Shown: positions 25,126 through 39,528 of the stretch, one piece after another | Position numbering within the stretch: the first letter of the stretch is position 1 | Layout of the letters: every line of letters starts with the position of its first letter | NCBI GenBank assembly: GCA_964016885.1 | Contig: OZ024740.1 | Location: 48,484,001 to 48,548,000 of the forward strand | Direction: 5' to 3' | Source of the DNA: Eledone cirrhosa | Taxonomy: Eukaryota | Length of the DNA: 64,000 nt | Position numbers and translations under genes: made by a program | Notes under the pieces: model-generated | The model's database searches: none | The model's input: only the letters and a program-made list of their open reading frames with translations | Told to the model about the DNA's origin: nothing

Positions 25126-26149
25126 TTAAGTGTTACCCAAAATAATGGAAGGCTTTTAGATAGATATAAATACTTTAAAATAGACAGTTCTGTGTCATAG
25201 AACCAGGGACGTTTTCAGGTGATGTGGTATCACAAGGGTTAATGCTTCCCTTTCTCTTCTTCAGTGACGAGAACTACTCAATACTTCCATTTAACAAAAT
25301 TCAGATATTAGCAACGTTTTTATTACCTAAACCTCAGGAAACTTGAATGCTTGGTTAATCTCAGACTTTTCCCAGAATCCTGTGACTATCTTGTTGCTTA
25401 AACAATTTTGAGGCTTAGGTCTTTAGCAGGGTCTGTGATTTGTTTGTGCTTGGTTCATTTGTGTTATTGCAGTAGGAGTTATGAAATGAGTTGATAAAGT
25501 TGAATGAGTGAGTGGTTTGTTGGTCGAGTCCATGGCAAGTGAGTGAAGTGTGTCTCAGTGAGTTGAGAAAATTACTATGAAGTCTTGCCATGGTCGATGA
25601 AACCAATTGTAGTTGCTTGTTGATGTGATGTGATATTGCCATGGGGAAGATGATTTTCCCCGATGAGATTGATATGAATTTACAAATGAACAAGACTGCT
25701 TATTTTATGTTTTTATTGATTGCATGTTTACTCTGAAATCATGTGTTGTAACAATGGAAAGGTTTTTTAAGATGGTACCATATATAATTGTGGTATGTTA
25801 AGTAGGTTGAATTTGTGTATGTGAATGTAGGGTCTGGAGTAATGAATTCTACTAACCTTTTTGATGTTGGTATGCATGGTCAGAACAACTGACCACAGAG
25901 GTCAAAACAACTTGGACAGCTTGGAAGCAAGCATGAGTCTGTCTGTGGTAGAGCAAAGACGCAAACTGACTGAGTGGGATCAACATTTTTTATATTTATA
26001 ATGGCTGGGTCCCCAGAAACATTGAACAGATGGCCCTGATAGCTATTTCCTTTTTAACAAAGGCAGTAAATCAAACAGCAACAATGCAAGCCCAAACAAA
26101 GGAATGTTAGGCTGAGGTTAAAGGCCAGTGTGTATTGATATATCATTAT

Positions 26150-27062
26150 TTGAAAATATTGAAACAATCTCATTGTGATTACGCTACAGGTGTACATAAA
26201 TGTTCATTTCTGTCTCTTCCATTCATGTTTGCACCCCTCTGGTTTGTAACATCCTTTCCTTTCTAACATAGACTAGCTCCAACAGCGAGATAGATGAAGT
26301 CCTACTACTGTGGAGGGAGTTGGGTTTGTCAGTTCCTGATGTAGAACAGAATAGATTGGAGCAGATAATCAGGAACAACTTATATTCAAAAGACACTTTA
26401 AACTTTCTCTTTCGTTAATTTGATCAATTCTCAAAGTGCTGCTTACTTTTTGCAAGTGCCAAATTCTTGGGGGATTGAGTTGGCCTATACAGTCTTTATT
26501 ACTTCTTCATCTCCATTGCGCTCAGAGTCAGAGACAAAATCTATAAGAGATTTAAACGTCATTGTAGCAGGTCCCTTGACTCAATGGGCCTTCGCAGGTT
26601 GTCTTGCCATCTGAACCTAATTATCAAGTAGGCATTGGCTCAATTCTGGAGCCAACCAAATTGTCTTGGGTTGATGGGAAAAAACAGGTAGTCTTACCCT
26701 TTGGCTTTAGATAAGAAGTAGCAACTCATTTGCTCCTTTCTACATTCTGGATGCTGTGGCTAAGGTGAGGGTCATCGCATCCATAGCTGAAAAGAATAAA
26801 ATTCTAAAATACCTGGAATTATTGGGAAACAATTGAGACAGTTGGAGCAGCTGGTTCATTGACAACAAGGTTCTTGTCTCAGTGGGCAGCTTGCCTTACC
26901 TATATATCGTGATGCCCATGAGAGTGTTTGGATGTTCCAGCACCATAGCTTTGTTATCACTCATGGCAATGCTGCAAGTGTGTAGGTTTGCCCCAAAAAT
27001 TATTAGGGGGGAAACTAGTGCTCCTTGTGGTGTGTGATTCGGTGTGAGTGTTTTCTCCCACT
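26150..27062 (-). mobile_element. Old LINE 5' end/ORF1 remnant (Tx1-like)
   Basis: Its 5' end gtgggagaaaacactcacacc.. is homologous to 38531-38625. Highly decayed. Confidence 0.4.
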
Positions 27063-27537
27063 TGTTTCATCTTTATATATGTGTGTGTATGTGTATATAT
27101 AACAAAATAAAGATCGAAATAAATTATTTCAATCCATAAAAAGCTCCATGAACATTAAAGGCTAAAATCAAAATTTTCAGAGCATAGTTTACAAAAATAT
27201 TATTTAGGTATAATAAAATATATAGTAAAAACAAATCATAGTAAGCAAAAATACGTTTAAAGGCTAATGCAATTCTAATTATATATATATATATATGGAT
27301 TGTATATATTTGTATGTGTTCCATTGAAATAAATCCTACAGCTAATAATATCTGGATTGCTATGCTCAGTCATTTATAAAATGACTTTCACTCATTGTTA
27401 TTAATATCATGGATAATTACCTCGAATTAGTTAGTGCCCTTTTTACAACCTTATGACACATTTTTCATTAAGTTAGCCAAACAATAACATTCTAAAATAT
27501 CAATATTCATAAATATATACACATTTATATATTCAAT

Positions 27538-27665
<128 letters not shown>

Positions 27666-27954
27666 TAAGGAATTGCAGAAACCCAAGAAGCTAGATTTAC
27701 CATCTTTCTAGTGGGTCCGGGTAAGTTTTTACATTCATATAAATTATTGATTTATTGATATTTTATCTGAGTGACCCGAATCTTCCTGGTCGTTATTTTT
27801 CGGCTGCATGGGTGATTTTAGGCATAATCTTTGTGTGTTGGTATTTTAACGATAGTTATAGCTCTGATTTATCTGAATTATTGAGCCCTCTGCCACTCAT
27901 GTCGGATTTGTTTATCGTAAATTCATGAGCTGATTTTCCGATACTCGATTATTC

Positions 27955-28035
<81 letters not shown>

Positions 28036-29482
28036 GTGAAAACTTGGACGTGAACAAAAACAGAGAAGCAGTACAAATAAAAGCTTATTAGGTTCACGCT
28101 CTTGAGAGGGGGGAGGGTACGACGTTTCGGGCATAAGCCCTTCATCAGGAGAAAAGTGGGTAGGAAGAGAGTTCCGAGGGTGTGTGGGGGAGTGGTGGAA
28201 CGACATTTAGAAAAAAAAGGGGGAGGGAGAAGGAGTACAAATAAAAATAAAAATAAAAATAAAAATAAAAATAAAAATAAAAATAAAAATAAAAATAAAA
28301 ATAAAAATAAAAATAAAGATAAAGATAAACAAGTGCTGGAAGGGTGTGAGGCGTGTAGGGGTGGTGGCGGGTGGAGTTGGGAGAGGGAGGCGGGGGTCCG
28401 AGCGGGGAGGGCTGAAGGTGGTGTTTGTGTATGTGTGTAGGTGTACGTGTGTATGTGAATGTGAGAGTTGGGGGAAGAACGAGGTTCCATGTTCAGGAAA
28501 AGGTGTGTGCGTGGGGTGGGGTGTAGGTCGGTGTGTGCGTGCGTGTGGATGGAAGGCGGCGGGGGAGAGGGCGTGTGGATTCCGGATGCTGAGTGTGTAT
28601 ATGTGGGGGTACACACGTGTGTGTTGGTGTTTATACGTGGTGTGAATTTAGGTGGCGTCGCTCGAAAAAAATGTGAGTATATGTCCGTGGGTAAGTTCCT
28701 AAGGTAGTTCCGTGGAGTGTGTGATGAGATGTTGGATATTTTTCATGTTATGGAGTGGATAGCTGGAACGATGACCGGTGGTGTGGAATCCATTGGTTGT
28801 GGTGGTCGGAAGTGGAGAGATGTGGGGGGCGCGCGCAACAGGAAGTGGTCAGAGGGTCAAGGCAGGGTGAAGTGATAGCAGTAGAGGAGGATGACAGGTG
28901 GAGAAATGGTCAGTGTGTGGTGAGGACTGTGTATCTGTGTGTGCGGAGGTGCGGTGGACAGGGGAGAGAATGGGTAGGTGTGAAAGGTGGTGGAGAGGTG
29001 GTGATGTGGGGGGATGGGGTGTGTATTAGTAGAGGTGTTAGTGGGATGTGTGTATGTGAAGGGGGTGTAGGTGGAACAGGGAGAGGGAGAGAAAAGGTGT
29101 TGGGGACGGAGGAGGGAGTGTAGTGTACTGGTGTGTGTGTGCGTGTTTGGATGAGTGTGTGTGTGGTAAAAGGGGTGTTAGTGGGTGTTAGTATACTGGT
29201 GATGGGGAAAGGTTGAATGCGGGTGGTATATGTGGGTATGGTGTGGCGTGCGGTGGCCGGAAGCGGGGGAGTGCTCGACCGGAAGGGTGCTTGGCCGGAA
29301 GGATGCTCGACCGGAAGGGCCAGCAGATGGCCCTCTCTAGTGGTGACCAGCAACGGTGTGGACGCGAGTTTTGGCAGCTCCTGGTGTTAAGCAGTTGGAC
29401 GCACATGGAAGAGGAGTAACCTGCAGTGGAATTTAGCGGCGCCTATGAAAAGCGGTAAGTGAGATAGCTTTTTCTAACCACA
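28036..29482 (-). mobile_element. Penelope-like non-autonomous element with hammerhead core and low-complexity CA/GT body
   Basis: Minus strand CTGATGA-agggc-ttat-gccc-GAAACGTC at 28148-28121; internal (AAAAAT)n at ~28238-28330; TA-repeat flanks. Confidence 0.55.
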
Positions 29483-29554
29483 GTATATATATATATATAA
29501 CGGCGATGAATTTGTTTTACGAGGTTTTTTTATATGAAATCGTGTGTCGAAACA

Positions 29555-30097
29555 AATATTGTTATACTTGGGGAGGGTCATATTGTTGTAATAATATTGC
29601 CAGAGTTAATAACAGAAAACAATCACTGTTTGGTTGGTTTTCGCTTCTGTAACTTTTATATCAGTTAATTTATTCGGTCCTCAATGTTTACCATTGACTG
29701 ACCAATGGTCAAAAATACAAATATAATATAGATACAAATATATATATATAGTCTAACAAAGTTCTTTTGTTGCACATCTGCAACATCATCAGTGGTGCTG
29801 TTATGTTTCCCCCCGTTGTATTGTATGTATAAATAAAGATGGCGTAGACATACAATACAACAGGAGAAAACAACAGTACCACTGACGATGTTGCAGATGT
29901 GCAACGAAGAAACTTTGTTAGACTATATATATGTGTTTGTGTCTATATTATATCTGTATTTTTTACCGTTGGTCAGTCAATGGTAAACATTGAGGCCCGA
30001 ATAAATTAACTGATATAGAAGATACAGAATGGAAAACCAACCAAACAGTGAGTGTGTTCTGTTATTAATTCTGGCAATATGACCCTCCGCAAGTATA
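29555..30097. repeat. ~540-bp imperfect palindrome (head-to-head copies of a hammerhead-core repeat)
   Basis: Arms ~29563-29835 and ~29855-30096 are reverse complements. Each carries CTGA(T/C)GA-tgttgcagatgtgcaac. Confidence 0.85.
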
Positions 30098-30107
30098 TAT
30101 ATATATA

Positions 30108-31037
30108 TAATTGTTTCTACTGTTGGTACAAGGCCAACAAATACCCAGTACATTACTGGTACTTTATTTTATCGACCCCGTAAGGATGAAAGGCAAAGTT
30201 GACCTCGGCGGGATTTGAAATCAGAATGGAAAGGGCCGTAACTCTATGCGTCAAAGTATGACGTCCGACCCTCTACCGATACAGCCAATCCACCTCCATA
30301 AACATATATATATAATGATTTCTATTATAGGCACAAGGCCAGCAATCCGGGGGGAGGGGAAAATCGATTAAATCGACCCCAATGCATGACTGGTGCTTCA
30401 TTTTATCGACCCCGTAAGGATGAAAGGCAAAGCTAATCTCGGCGGGATTTGAGCTCAGAATGTAAAGGACCATAACTCTATGTTGCAAAGCATGGTGTCT
30501 GACGCTCTACCGATACTGTCAATCCATAATGTACTCTCTTCTCAACCTATTTCTGACATGGTACCTCCGTAAGAAATTAACATTTCATAGTAAAAGGGAA
30601 AGAATAAAAACATTGAGTTATTTCCCCTGGAAAATATAGCCTCTGATAGGCGGTGAATTGGCAGTATCGGTAGAGGATCGGACGTCATGCTTTCCAGCAT
30701 AGAGTTACGCCCCTTTATGGTCTGAGTTCAAATCCCGCCGAGGTTAACTTTGCCTTTCATCCTTACGAGGTCGATAAAATAAAGTACCAGTAATGCACTG
30801 GGATAATTGCTGGCCTTGTGCCAAAAGTAGAAACAATTATAATTTATCCCGGTGGATTGGCAGTATCGGTAGAGGGTCGGACGCCATGCTTTCCAGCATA
30901 GTTACGTCCCTTATGATCTGAGTTCAAATCCCGCCGAGGTTAACTTTGCCTTTCATCCTTCCAAGGTCGATAAAATAAAGTTCCAGTAAAGTACTGGGTA
31001 ATTGCTGGCCTTGTGCTAAAAGTAGAAGCAATTATAA
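30108..31037. mobile_element. Cluster of four SINE family A copies (30108-30295 -, 30315-30527 -, 30650-30840 +, 30851-31037 +)
   Basis: Repeated box A/B and core sequences. Confidence 0.85.
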
Positions 31038-31384
31038 TTTACATCGCGGAACAGATTTATCCATTGATATATTGCAATTTAAAAAAATCTTTTTATCTAT
31101 TTAAGAATTATTTTTTCTTTCTCTACCACCACCCCACGATGTATTGCTGCCATTATGGTTTTGTAATTATTCTTTTGATTTTCTTTCACTTAGCATTTAA
31201 ATAGTAATTTCTTGAAAAGAAATTCTAATTCAAAATGTGAGTTGTTAGTTTTGGGAAAACAATTTAGTGAGGGAGCCTATATGGGGTCGCTTGGTATACT
31301 GAAATAACAGTCAAATCATGCTCAAATTGTGCATTGCTATCTAAAAAATAAGATATAAAGAGGTCAAGAATATATGGAACTATA

Positions 31385-31595
31385 AATTTACTGAAGAAAT
31401 AATTAAAGGACTGAAGTGGACAGATGAAAAAAGAAATCTTATAAATGAACCAATTTTAAAGCTAGAGTTAGCCATTGAAAGCATAAGAGCATATGAAGCC
31501 ACAACAGAACACAGTGCCACTTACAATGATGCCAGTGAAAGAAAAACAGGTACATATGAAGTAACAAAGAAAAATATGACTAGGAAAGCTAACTG
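31385..31595 (+). mobile_element. Gypsy gag-like remnant
   Basis: Frame reads EEIIKGLKWTDEKRNLINEPILKLELAIESIRAYEA. Confidence 0.45.
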
Positions 31596-31734
31596 AAAAA
31601 GAAAAAAAAGTTTGTTATGCATTTAACAAAGAATGGAGAACATGCAATAGAATATACTATTTTGCCTTACAAAAGCAACCACATACCAAAACAATCACCC
31701 CAGTCCACATATGTCCAGAAAACAAACTAAAGAG

Positions 31735-32315
31735 TGGAGAAGTTCAAGTATCTCGGAGCTGTGTTCACAAGTGATAGAAGACAGAAGACTAAATTAAGTG
31801 CAAGAATTGCAGGAGTTTGTGTGATAATGCACGAGCTTCAGCATTTGATTATCAGAAGAAAGGAGGTAGGTGTAAAAACCAAACTCATTATCTTCAATTT
31901 GGTATTTGTGCCAACCCTTACCTATGGTCATGAATCTTGGGTGATGACCAAAAGAATATGATCGTGAAGACAAGTGACTGAAATGGGGTTCCTCTGAAGG
32001 GTCTTTGAAGAAACATTACTCAGTAGAGTGCGTATCTTGGAATTCAAAAAGTTGCTCTAGGTAGAGCCACTACTTCTCTGAATTGAGAGGTCCCAGTTCC
32101 GATCCTATGGGAATGAGGTTAGAATGTCTCAGGAAAGAATCACTGGAGAGATTTTATAGGCAAAACCAACTGGCAGGAGACCCAGGAGAGACCCCGAGCA
32201 AGATAGTTGGATAACATCCATGAGCTCAGCTGGTCTTGCTTAGGGATCCAGCTAAATCAATTGGAGACGATTGCTTCTGACAGGACCTGCTGGAAGGAGT
32301 GTTTGTGGACTCTGA
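31735..32315 (+). mobile_element. Decayed RTE LINE 3' part
   Basis: EKFKYLG, FVPTLTYGHESWVMT and a GRRPRRRP-like end. Confidence 0.8.
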
Positions 32316-33399
32316 GGGGCTGAGTTGTCAATTGACCACCATCTAGTTATCTGCAATTTGAGACTACTTGAAGAAGAAGGAGGAGGAGGAGGAGGTAAAT
32401 GATGTCCCTTTGAGTGAGATATCGAAGATGAAGAAAATGTCTTTGTTGCTAGCAGAGGTTGTATTTATCAAGACATTGCCACTAGGAAGGTTTTGTCTTC
32501 TGCAGAGCTAAACACTCTTATGCTTCATAGTCTCAATTCTTTCTACGTAAACATGATTAGCAGTGTATTTGAAGGGAAAGTGATGGTAAGTTAAAAGAGG
32601 GGAAAGTGAAATTATTAATGTAAAAGAGAGAAAAAGAATTACAGGATGGTAGCATATTAGGCCTATCATTTAAACAAAATGATTTCATGATGTTTTATCA
32701 CATCAAGATTAGAGAGATTGTCCAAGTAGAAAATGAAAATAATTTAAACAGACATATGCGGGAACTTACAAAGAATGTACACAGGTTGATTCATTAATGA
32801 TACATAATAAAAAGAAACATATGCATACATAGTTATGTGTGAATGAACACAACAGTTCACACAAAAATAGTTTAGTATTCTAATACAACCTGTAAAATTT
32901 ATGAACGTTAAAAAGTATGTGTGCGTGCAGTTGGGCACGTATTCAGATGTGTAAATGTGTGCTTCTGTACATTTATGTATATGTCAAGGTTGTGTATTGA
33001 GAGTGCTGCCAATAAATGTATTCATTCAGTGTTTCTATTTCATATTTTATGCACTATTTATCAAATACATACACATACTCACCCACCTCTCTCTCTCTCT
33101 CTCACTCTCACACACACACACACTCACCCACCCTCACTCACTCTCTCTCCTCTCTCTCTCACACACACACACACACTCACATGCATACATGCATAAGAAC
33201 ACACATACACACACACATACACATGCATACATGCATGAGAACACACATGCACACATGAACATATACACATGCACAAGCATACACTTGCACAAGCACACAC
33301 ATACATACCACACTCATGCACACACACACACAACAGTATTGCATCTTGACATTTTACTGTTACTTATTGTTTTTGTTGATGTTGCCTTAGAAGTGGCAG

Positions 33400-34300
33400 T
33401 GGGAGGTGCTGGCCACAGCGGGGGTTGCACAAATGTAAACATGGATGTCCCAAAACAGGAAAGAAATTATATGCGTATATATCCGCAACTCAATTTGAGC
33501 CACCTCAAAGAAAAAGAAAGCCAGTAAGTGAGGTATGTCACAAAAGAGCAATGAGGAAAGTCACCTACCTCTGTTTTACAAATGGAAAGTGTTTCCATGT
33601 TTTCAAAGGAAGAATTAGAAGAAGCCCTGGCTGATGTATGGTTTGATGTATGCTCCATTGACTAGGGCAGGATACATGTAAGTGTATGCCAAAACTGAAG
33701 ACAAGATAAGAAAGCAAGTAAGGCTTGTGTGCTACACACCTGCCAACAGACTGGCACTGCAATATATGAAGTGACAAAGCACAAATGTCATGGTCAGGGA
33801 TATTGACCTTTGACTCATATTGTAGAATATGATCAGATGATGAACACGGAGGTGAAACGCAACAAAACTTTGTTGAGTGGGGTTTGTATGGATATGCAGG
33901 TCCTCATGGAACCTGAAGACCACATGACAATTGTACCTTATCATGTGTTCAGACTAGTTAGTAGTGCAGAGCAGAAAGTCCAGTTGCTTTTTGTGTGGAA
34001 GTAAGGTCCACATGAGGGCTTTCTATCCAAAGAAAGAAAATCTAAACCTGAAAAGGAAACAGGGCAACACAACAAACAACAACAATAGGCTGTTTTATTC
34101 CTCCGCATACCCCCAACAATACACTACTGGTGACATCCACCACTCAGCTTAGAGCAGACCCAAACCAATCATTAATAGTGACCCCCGCCCCCATTTTGTG
34201 ATGATGAGAGCTGACAGGAACTGGAGAAAGGTAAGAAATGATAAAAAAAAACTGGGGCAAAGAAGGAAAAAGTAAGCCTCAAGAGAAGGCAAGATTAGAT
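33400..34300 (+). mobile_element. Decayed Tx1/L1 ORF1 remnant
   Basis: Degenerate zinc knuckle SCFLCGSKVHMRAFYPKK; many stops. Confidence 0.45.
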
Positions 34301-34596
34301 GTCTCTCATGAGGAGATGGCCATCTCCATGAGGCATTGGAAATTTACAGTAATCAAAAAGGATAAATGTACTCCCTTTGATTTAACACTGACACTAATAA
34401 AGGATGAATTAATTATTGTACTGATTAGGAAGTAATTGGCGTGAGGGGAGGGGGGTACCAGGAGCACCTAAATGACAGGCATTTGATAAAAGCTAAGTTA
34501 CAGTCTACCAACAACTAAAAACCATGTCGCTAGAGCATAATTCCTCAGCTGTTGGTAGACCAGCTCCTCTGAGTAAACCATCAAAATGATATCCTT

Positions 34597-35149
34597 TAAT
34601 CCTTTAATGTTCAAAACTGGCCAGAATTCTCTACCTCTTTCTGTTGAAACTGGCTGTAACTGCTCGCTCATACTGATGTTAAGGTATTGTTCTCAAAATA
34701 AATACTTTCAAAATCTCATAGATTCGATATTATGTGAGGTAAAGCCTTTACCATGAAAATATAATAGATTATATAAAATAATGTGAATGCTAAAGGGTTA
34801 AAAGACATGATTTCTCATGGCTAGAATGCCTTTCATCAAGTGTCTGCTCAATCATGGATGACCTAGGGTTAAACAACAACACCTACAGTTTCAAAACTAT
34901 TTAAACTCTTGTAAGAGTTTGTTTAACCCTTTAGTATTCACATTACTCTATATTTATTAGTGTTTTCGCAGTAAAGATTTTACCTCATATAATTAGCTCA
35001 CATAATATTGAATCTATGAGATTTTGATATTATTTATTTTGAGAACAATACCTTAACATCAGTATGAATGGCCAGTTACAGCCAGTTTGAACAGAAAGAT
35101 GTTAAAGAATTCTGGCCGGATATGGCTGGTTTAAATGCTAAAGGGTTAA
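34597..35149. mobile_element. Two piggyBac-type TTAA MITEs (34597-34801, 34923-35149)
   Basis: ttaa|ccctttag..ctaaaggg|ttaa termini with a shared internal sequence. Confidence 0.7.
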
Positions 35150-37200
35150 CTCCATTTGCTGAGGGTGCTTTTAAAATTAAGATCACTTCATTAACTTCAT
35201 CTGATAGTAAACTCAAATTATATTTCCTTTGATTGAAACAATAATACATTGGAGTTTATACTTTACAGTATTAAGTTTCACTCCAAGTGGTTGTGTATTC
35301 AAATCCCACCATGATCAGAAACATTTTTATATGGCTTAGTCAGAGTTGGAAGGAAAATGTCCATTTTCTTTGTATAATTGCTTGCAACAGAGTGGACTTC
35401 ATTGAAGGTATCCAAAGATCAAATAGTAGTTTTAAACCAGGCAACAGATTAAGTCAGTACCTGTAACACGATAAAGATAATTCAATTAACTATCCATCCT
35501 ATCTTACAGAAAATTGTTTTTCAATATATCCAGTGACATTAATATAATAGATAGTGGTTTCTATAGATTAGAGGAAGAATCTCCTGGAGTGTTGAGCCTT
35601 TGGCTCAAATTTGATTCCTTAGAAACATTTAATATCACTAATGTCTTTAGGAAAACCGTGAACATCACAGTGTTTTAGCTTCTTCCTCTCTACTGCCTCT
35701 TTCTTCTCTACACCTTGCTTTTATTAAGTTACATATTTTGACATTCCTCTTACAACACCTAACTGTTTTGATACCAACCCCTCTGAAACTGCCCATAGTT
35801 CTACAATACAAAAGTACTTCTTTTGAAGTGTTTATATTCAACAAAAACACTTCCATTAAAAGTTTTACATAAGAATGTTTTGTTAAGTTATGTTCCAAAC
35901 ACCAGATTAATAATGAAAACGTTAATTATATTATGTAATCCCCTTCAAATTCTTGATTATTTTCAAAATTATTTGAAAACAATAGGCAAGGATCCTTCAT
36001 AGGAAATATAGTAATGAAAGGGTTAAAATCCTCTCTTTTATGGCACAAGAATCTTCTCTTTTTTATCCTAAACATGCATTCCTTGATTCTTGAAGTGAAT
36101 CAAACACTGCCTTAAAAAGGGAAATTGACATTGGATAATGCAGACCTAAAAATAGATAGATAAATAAATAAAATCATAGATAAAGTAGGATGGTCTTGGC
36201 TTAATTGAGTTTTATCATAAGTGTGAATCAGAGATGACCTATGCCTGAATAACAATAACAACACGTATTAAAAATGATTTGTTAACTACAGTAATTTTGC
36301 TTGGATAGCATTCATCTACACGTGGGATATATTTATATCTAAGCTATATATATAAATGCTATTTTAAGTGTTAGCTAAATTAGAACACCTCTTAACTGTT
36401 GTATGTTTAAATAACTATTATGTTTAGACACATTTCAGCAGCATATTTGAAATTTCCCATTCCCAATTTTTTTGTCAAATTCAGACATCTCTATTTATAA
36501 CTTTTATCTAGCTATGTGGGTGGTCATTGATGAGAAACTTAATGAAATTAGGGAATTTTTATTTATAGATTTTATGTATTATTATTGATTTCTAACTTGA
36601 ATATAAAGCCACAAATTCTTTTAGTGGAGTTAGGAGAAGGGGGAGGGTGCATTTAATTACATAGGCTCTAGTACTAGATGGGTATCTATTTTATCAACCC
36701 TGGGAGGACAAAACTAGACTGCAAGGTGTTTTGTCCTATGCTCTACTGATTTTGCTTATTCACCATATTTGTCAAATTATTAATGGATAATGAAGTTGGT
36801 GGATTGGCAGAATTGTTAGAGTATTCGACAAAAAAGACTTTGCAGTATTTGGTTTTAGCTCATTACATTCTGAGTTCAAATCCCACTGAGGTCAACTTTG
36901 CCTTTCATATTTCTGATTTCATAAAATAAAGTAACATTCACTTCGTTCCATTCCCAAGAACTTTTTATTCTCTTCTTTGTAAATAGTGTGTCATACTTTC
37001 TTCTTTTATGCACCTTTTTTATATTTCAAATTTATACACAGCTAGTGAAATAAATGATAAGAAAAAAAAGTAGAAACCTTTAATAGAAAATAACGATTAT
37101 GTTGTTTTCATGATTAAATATCTCACTTAAATGTACTAAGTAAGATCAAAGTGCCTCAATTCATTTGAGTTTATCTACTCTATAATTCACAGGCATATAT

Positions 37201-37422
37201 TTAACCCTTTAGCATTTAAACTGGCCATATCTGGCCAGAATTCTCTCATCTCTTTCTGTTCAAACTGGCTGTAACTGGCCATTCATACCAATGTTAAGGC
37301 ATTGTTCTCAAAATAAGTAATATCAAAATCTCATAGATTCAATATTATGTGAGATAATTATGAGGTAAAGCCTTTACGGTGAAACTACAATGGCATATAT
37401 AGAGTAAATGCTAAAGGGTTAA
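37201..37422. mobile_element. piggyBac-type TTAA MITE
   Basis: TTAA-ccctttagcattta ... taaatgctaaaggg-TTAA, a 14-bp perfect TIR. Confidence 0.85.
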
Positions 37423-39199
37423 GTGTCTCACATTATTATATTTCCTCAGTTGAACACTCTAAATGTATTTTACACTACCTTTCTAAGACAGTTAATATTT
37501 CATGATGATACATAAAGTAACTTCTCTCTCCCTTTGTCTTTTCCTGGTTCATTTATATATCAACCACTTGTGATATCAACAACAGCCATATATTGTGCAT
37601 CCAAATGATTAACTGCTTTTAAATCATCAGTGGGTGACAAGATGAATAAATACTGAAATATCTGGATGCCTCTTGTATTTTCTATGTGTGGTATATTTGA
37701 GGTTCATTATTCTTGTTTATCTAATGTACATAAACATGAAGTCTATGTAAATTGTGTTTTCTCTCTCTTGAGAAAGGCTTGCTGAACACACAAGCCAAAA
37801 CTGCTCAGTGGGTGCTATGGTGGGGATTTTATATATATCTCTCTCTCTAAATGAGTGTGTGTATGCATGTATGTGTGTGTACACATACGTGTGTGCGTGC
37901 GTGTATGTATGCGTATGTGTGTGTGTATGTATGTGTCTGTAAGTGTGTGCATGTATGTCATTGTTTTCATTCTGTAAAACTCTACCACACTTGACATTAT
38001 ACTTGTTTCTCCTCCAAACCTACTGCCACTTACCTATAATATCATACTTATCATCCTTCTGACTTATTCCAATCCTATTCGCCCCCACTCCCTATAGGGT
38101 AGTGATTGCCCTTCATTGGAGCCTATTACTGACAATCTTCCTAGTGTTGGTGCCATGATGAATGCACCTAGTACACACTGTAAAGTGGTTGGCATTAAGA
38201 AGGGCTTCCAGCAGTAGAAACCATTCCAAAAAGGGTTGAGAGGACTCTTCAGTTGTGTCAAGGGCATGACAACCTCTCTAATTTTGGTAACATAATAAAA
38301 TACACCCAGTACATTCTGTAAAGTGGTTGGTGATAGAAAGGGCATGCAGTCAAAGAAAACTCATCAAACAAAGGGTATAAAGGTATGACAACCTCCTTAA
38401 TGCTGATTCCGTAATAAAATGCACCTCTATTTTTTATCTTTTTCTTTCGTGAATGATAGAATCATTATATAAACACAAATTATATAAAATATTTATGTTA
38501 AAAATAAGAAAAACATTTTTTTTCTTAATTTGGGAGAAGACCCACACACTTAATCACACACCACAACATGAGGAACTGGAGTTTCCCTCTAATAACTTTT
38601 GAGACAAGCCAACACACTCGCAATGAGGTGAATGATATTTAACCCTTTTGATGTCAACTTGACCAAAAAATGATTCTGGTTTTCTGAAAAAACCCCACAC
38701 ATTTTAAAGGTTCCTATTTAAATTAAAATCTTCCAACATAATTTTATATAAAAACAATTTTGTTATGTTACAAATACTATCATAATAATTTAAATTATAG
38801 TAAATCCCTCCAAATTCTTTTTTGATTAATTAAAATACAGTATACTTTATAAAAAAAATATGGTAACAGGAGGGGAGGGTTAAATGCCAACATGAAGAAA
38901 TTTAACACAAATGATGAGGAAACCAATTCCAAGGACAGGAAACTCTGGTGAATAATCATCTAAGAAGGAAGAGTAACTCTTTTGCAGTGAACAAATGCTG
39001 GAGAATTAAAAAAAAGTAATTGGAAAGAGACTACGCCCCCCCCCCCCCCCCCCCCCTCCAAAAAAACCCCCTGACCTGCCATCTAGAACTTGCCTTCAAC
39101 TCCTGGTGGAGTCATGGCATATCTAAGGAATTTTAAACATGGCAGAGCCGATCCTTCTCCAGGTTGGGACATAGGTAATTTCTTCCAGAGAAAGAATAT

Positions 39200-39372
39200 A
39201 TATATATTGTTATATTTGGGGAGGGTCATATTGTTATAATATAGCCAAAAATATATAATAAAACACATTCACTGTTTGATTTTGAGTTGGTTTTTGCTTC
39301 CGTATATTTTATATCTCTATAGTTGATTTAGCTGGCAATCAATGTTTATCATTGATTGACCAACAGTTAAAA

Positions 39373-39403
<31 letters not shown>

Positions 39404-39526
39404 GTCTATCAAAGATCTTTCATTACACACCTGTGACATCATCAGTGGTACTAATTAACAATAGGGATATCAAATATACGGAAGCGAAAACCAACCCAAA
39501 CAAAACAGTGAGTGTGTTTTATTATA
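39200..39526 (-). repeat. Second copy of the 29555-30097 family, with hammerhead core and a different inversion point
   Basis: Minus 39451-39406 reads gtacca-CTGATGA-tgtcacaggtgtgtaat-GAAA-gatc-TT-tgatag. Confidence 0.65.
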
Positions 39527-39528
39527 TA

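Noticed and set aside
27949-29419. Long overlapping ORFs rich in HT/CV/FL/KN repeats
   Set aside because: Artefacts of microsatellite and low-complexity sequence.
32330-32592. Possible plus-strand exon ending ATG|GTAAGT, or a piggyBac N-terminal remnant
   Set aside because: No partner exons were found, the acidic upstream region is frameshifted, and it cannot be assigned.
32921-33527. His/Thr-rich 190-aa ORF
   Set aside because: Translation of (CA)n/(CT)n tracts.
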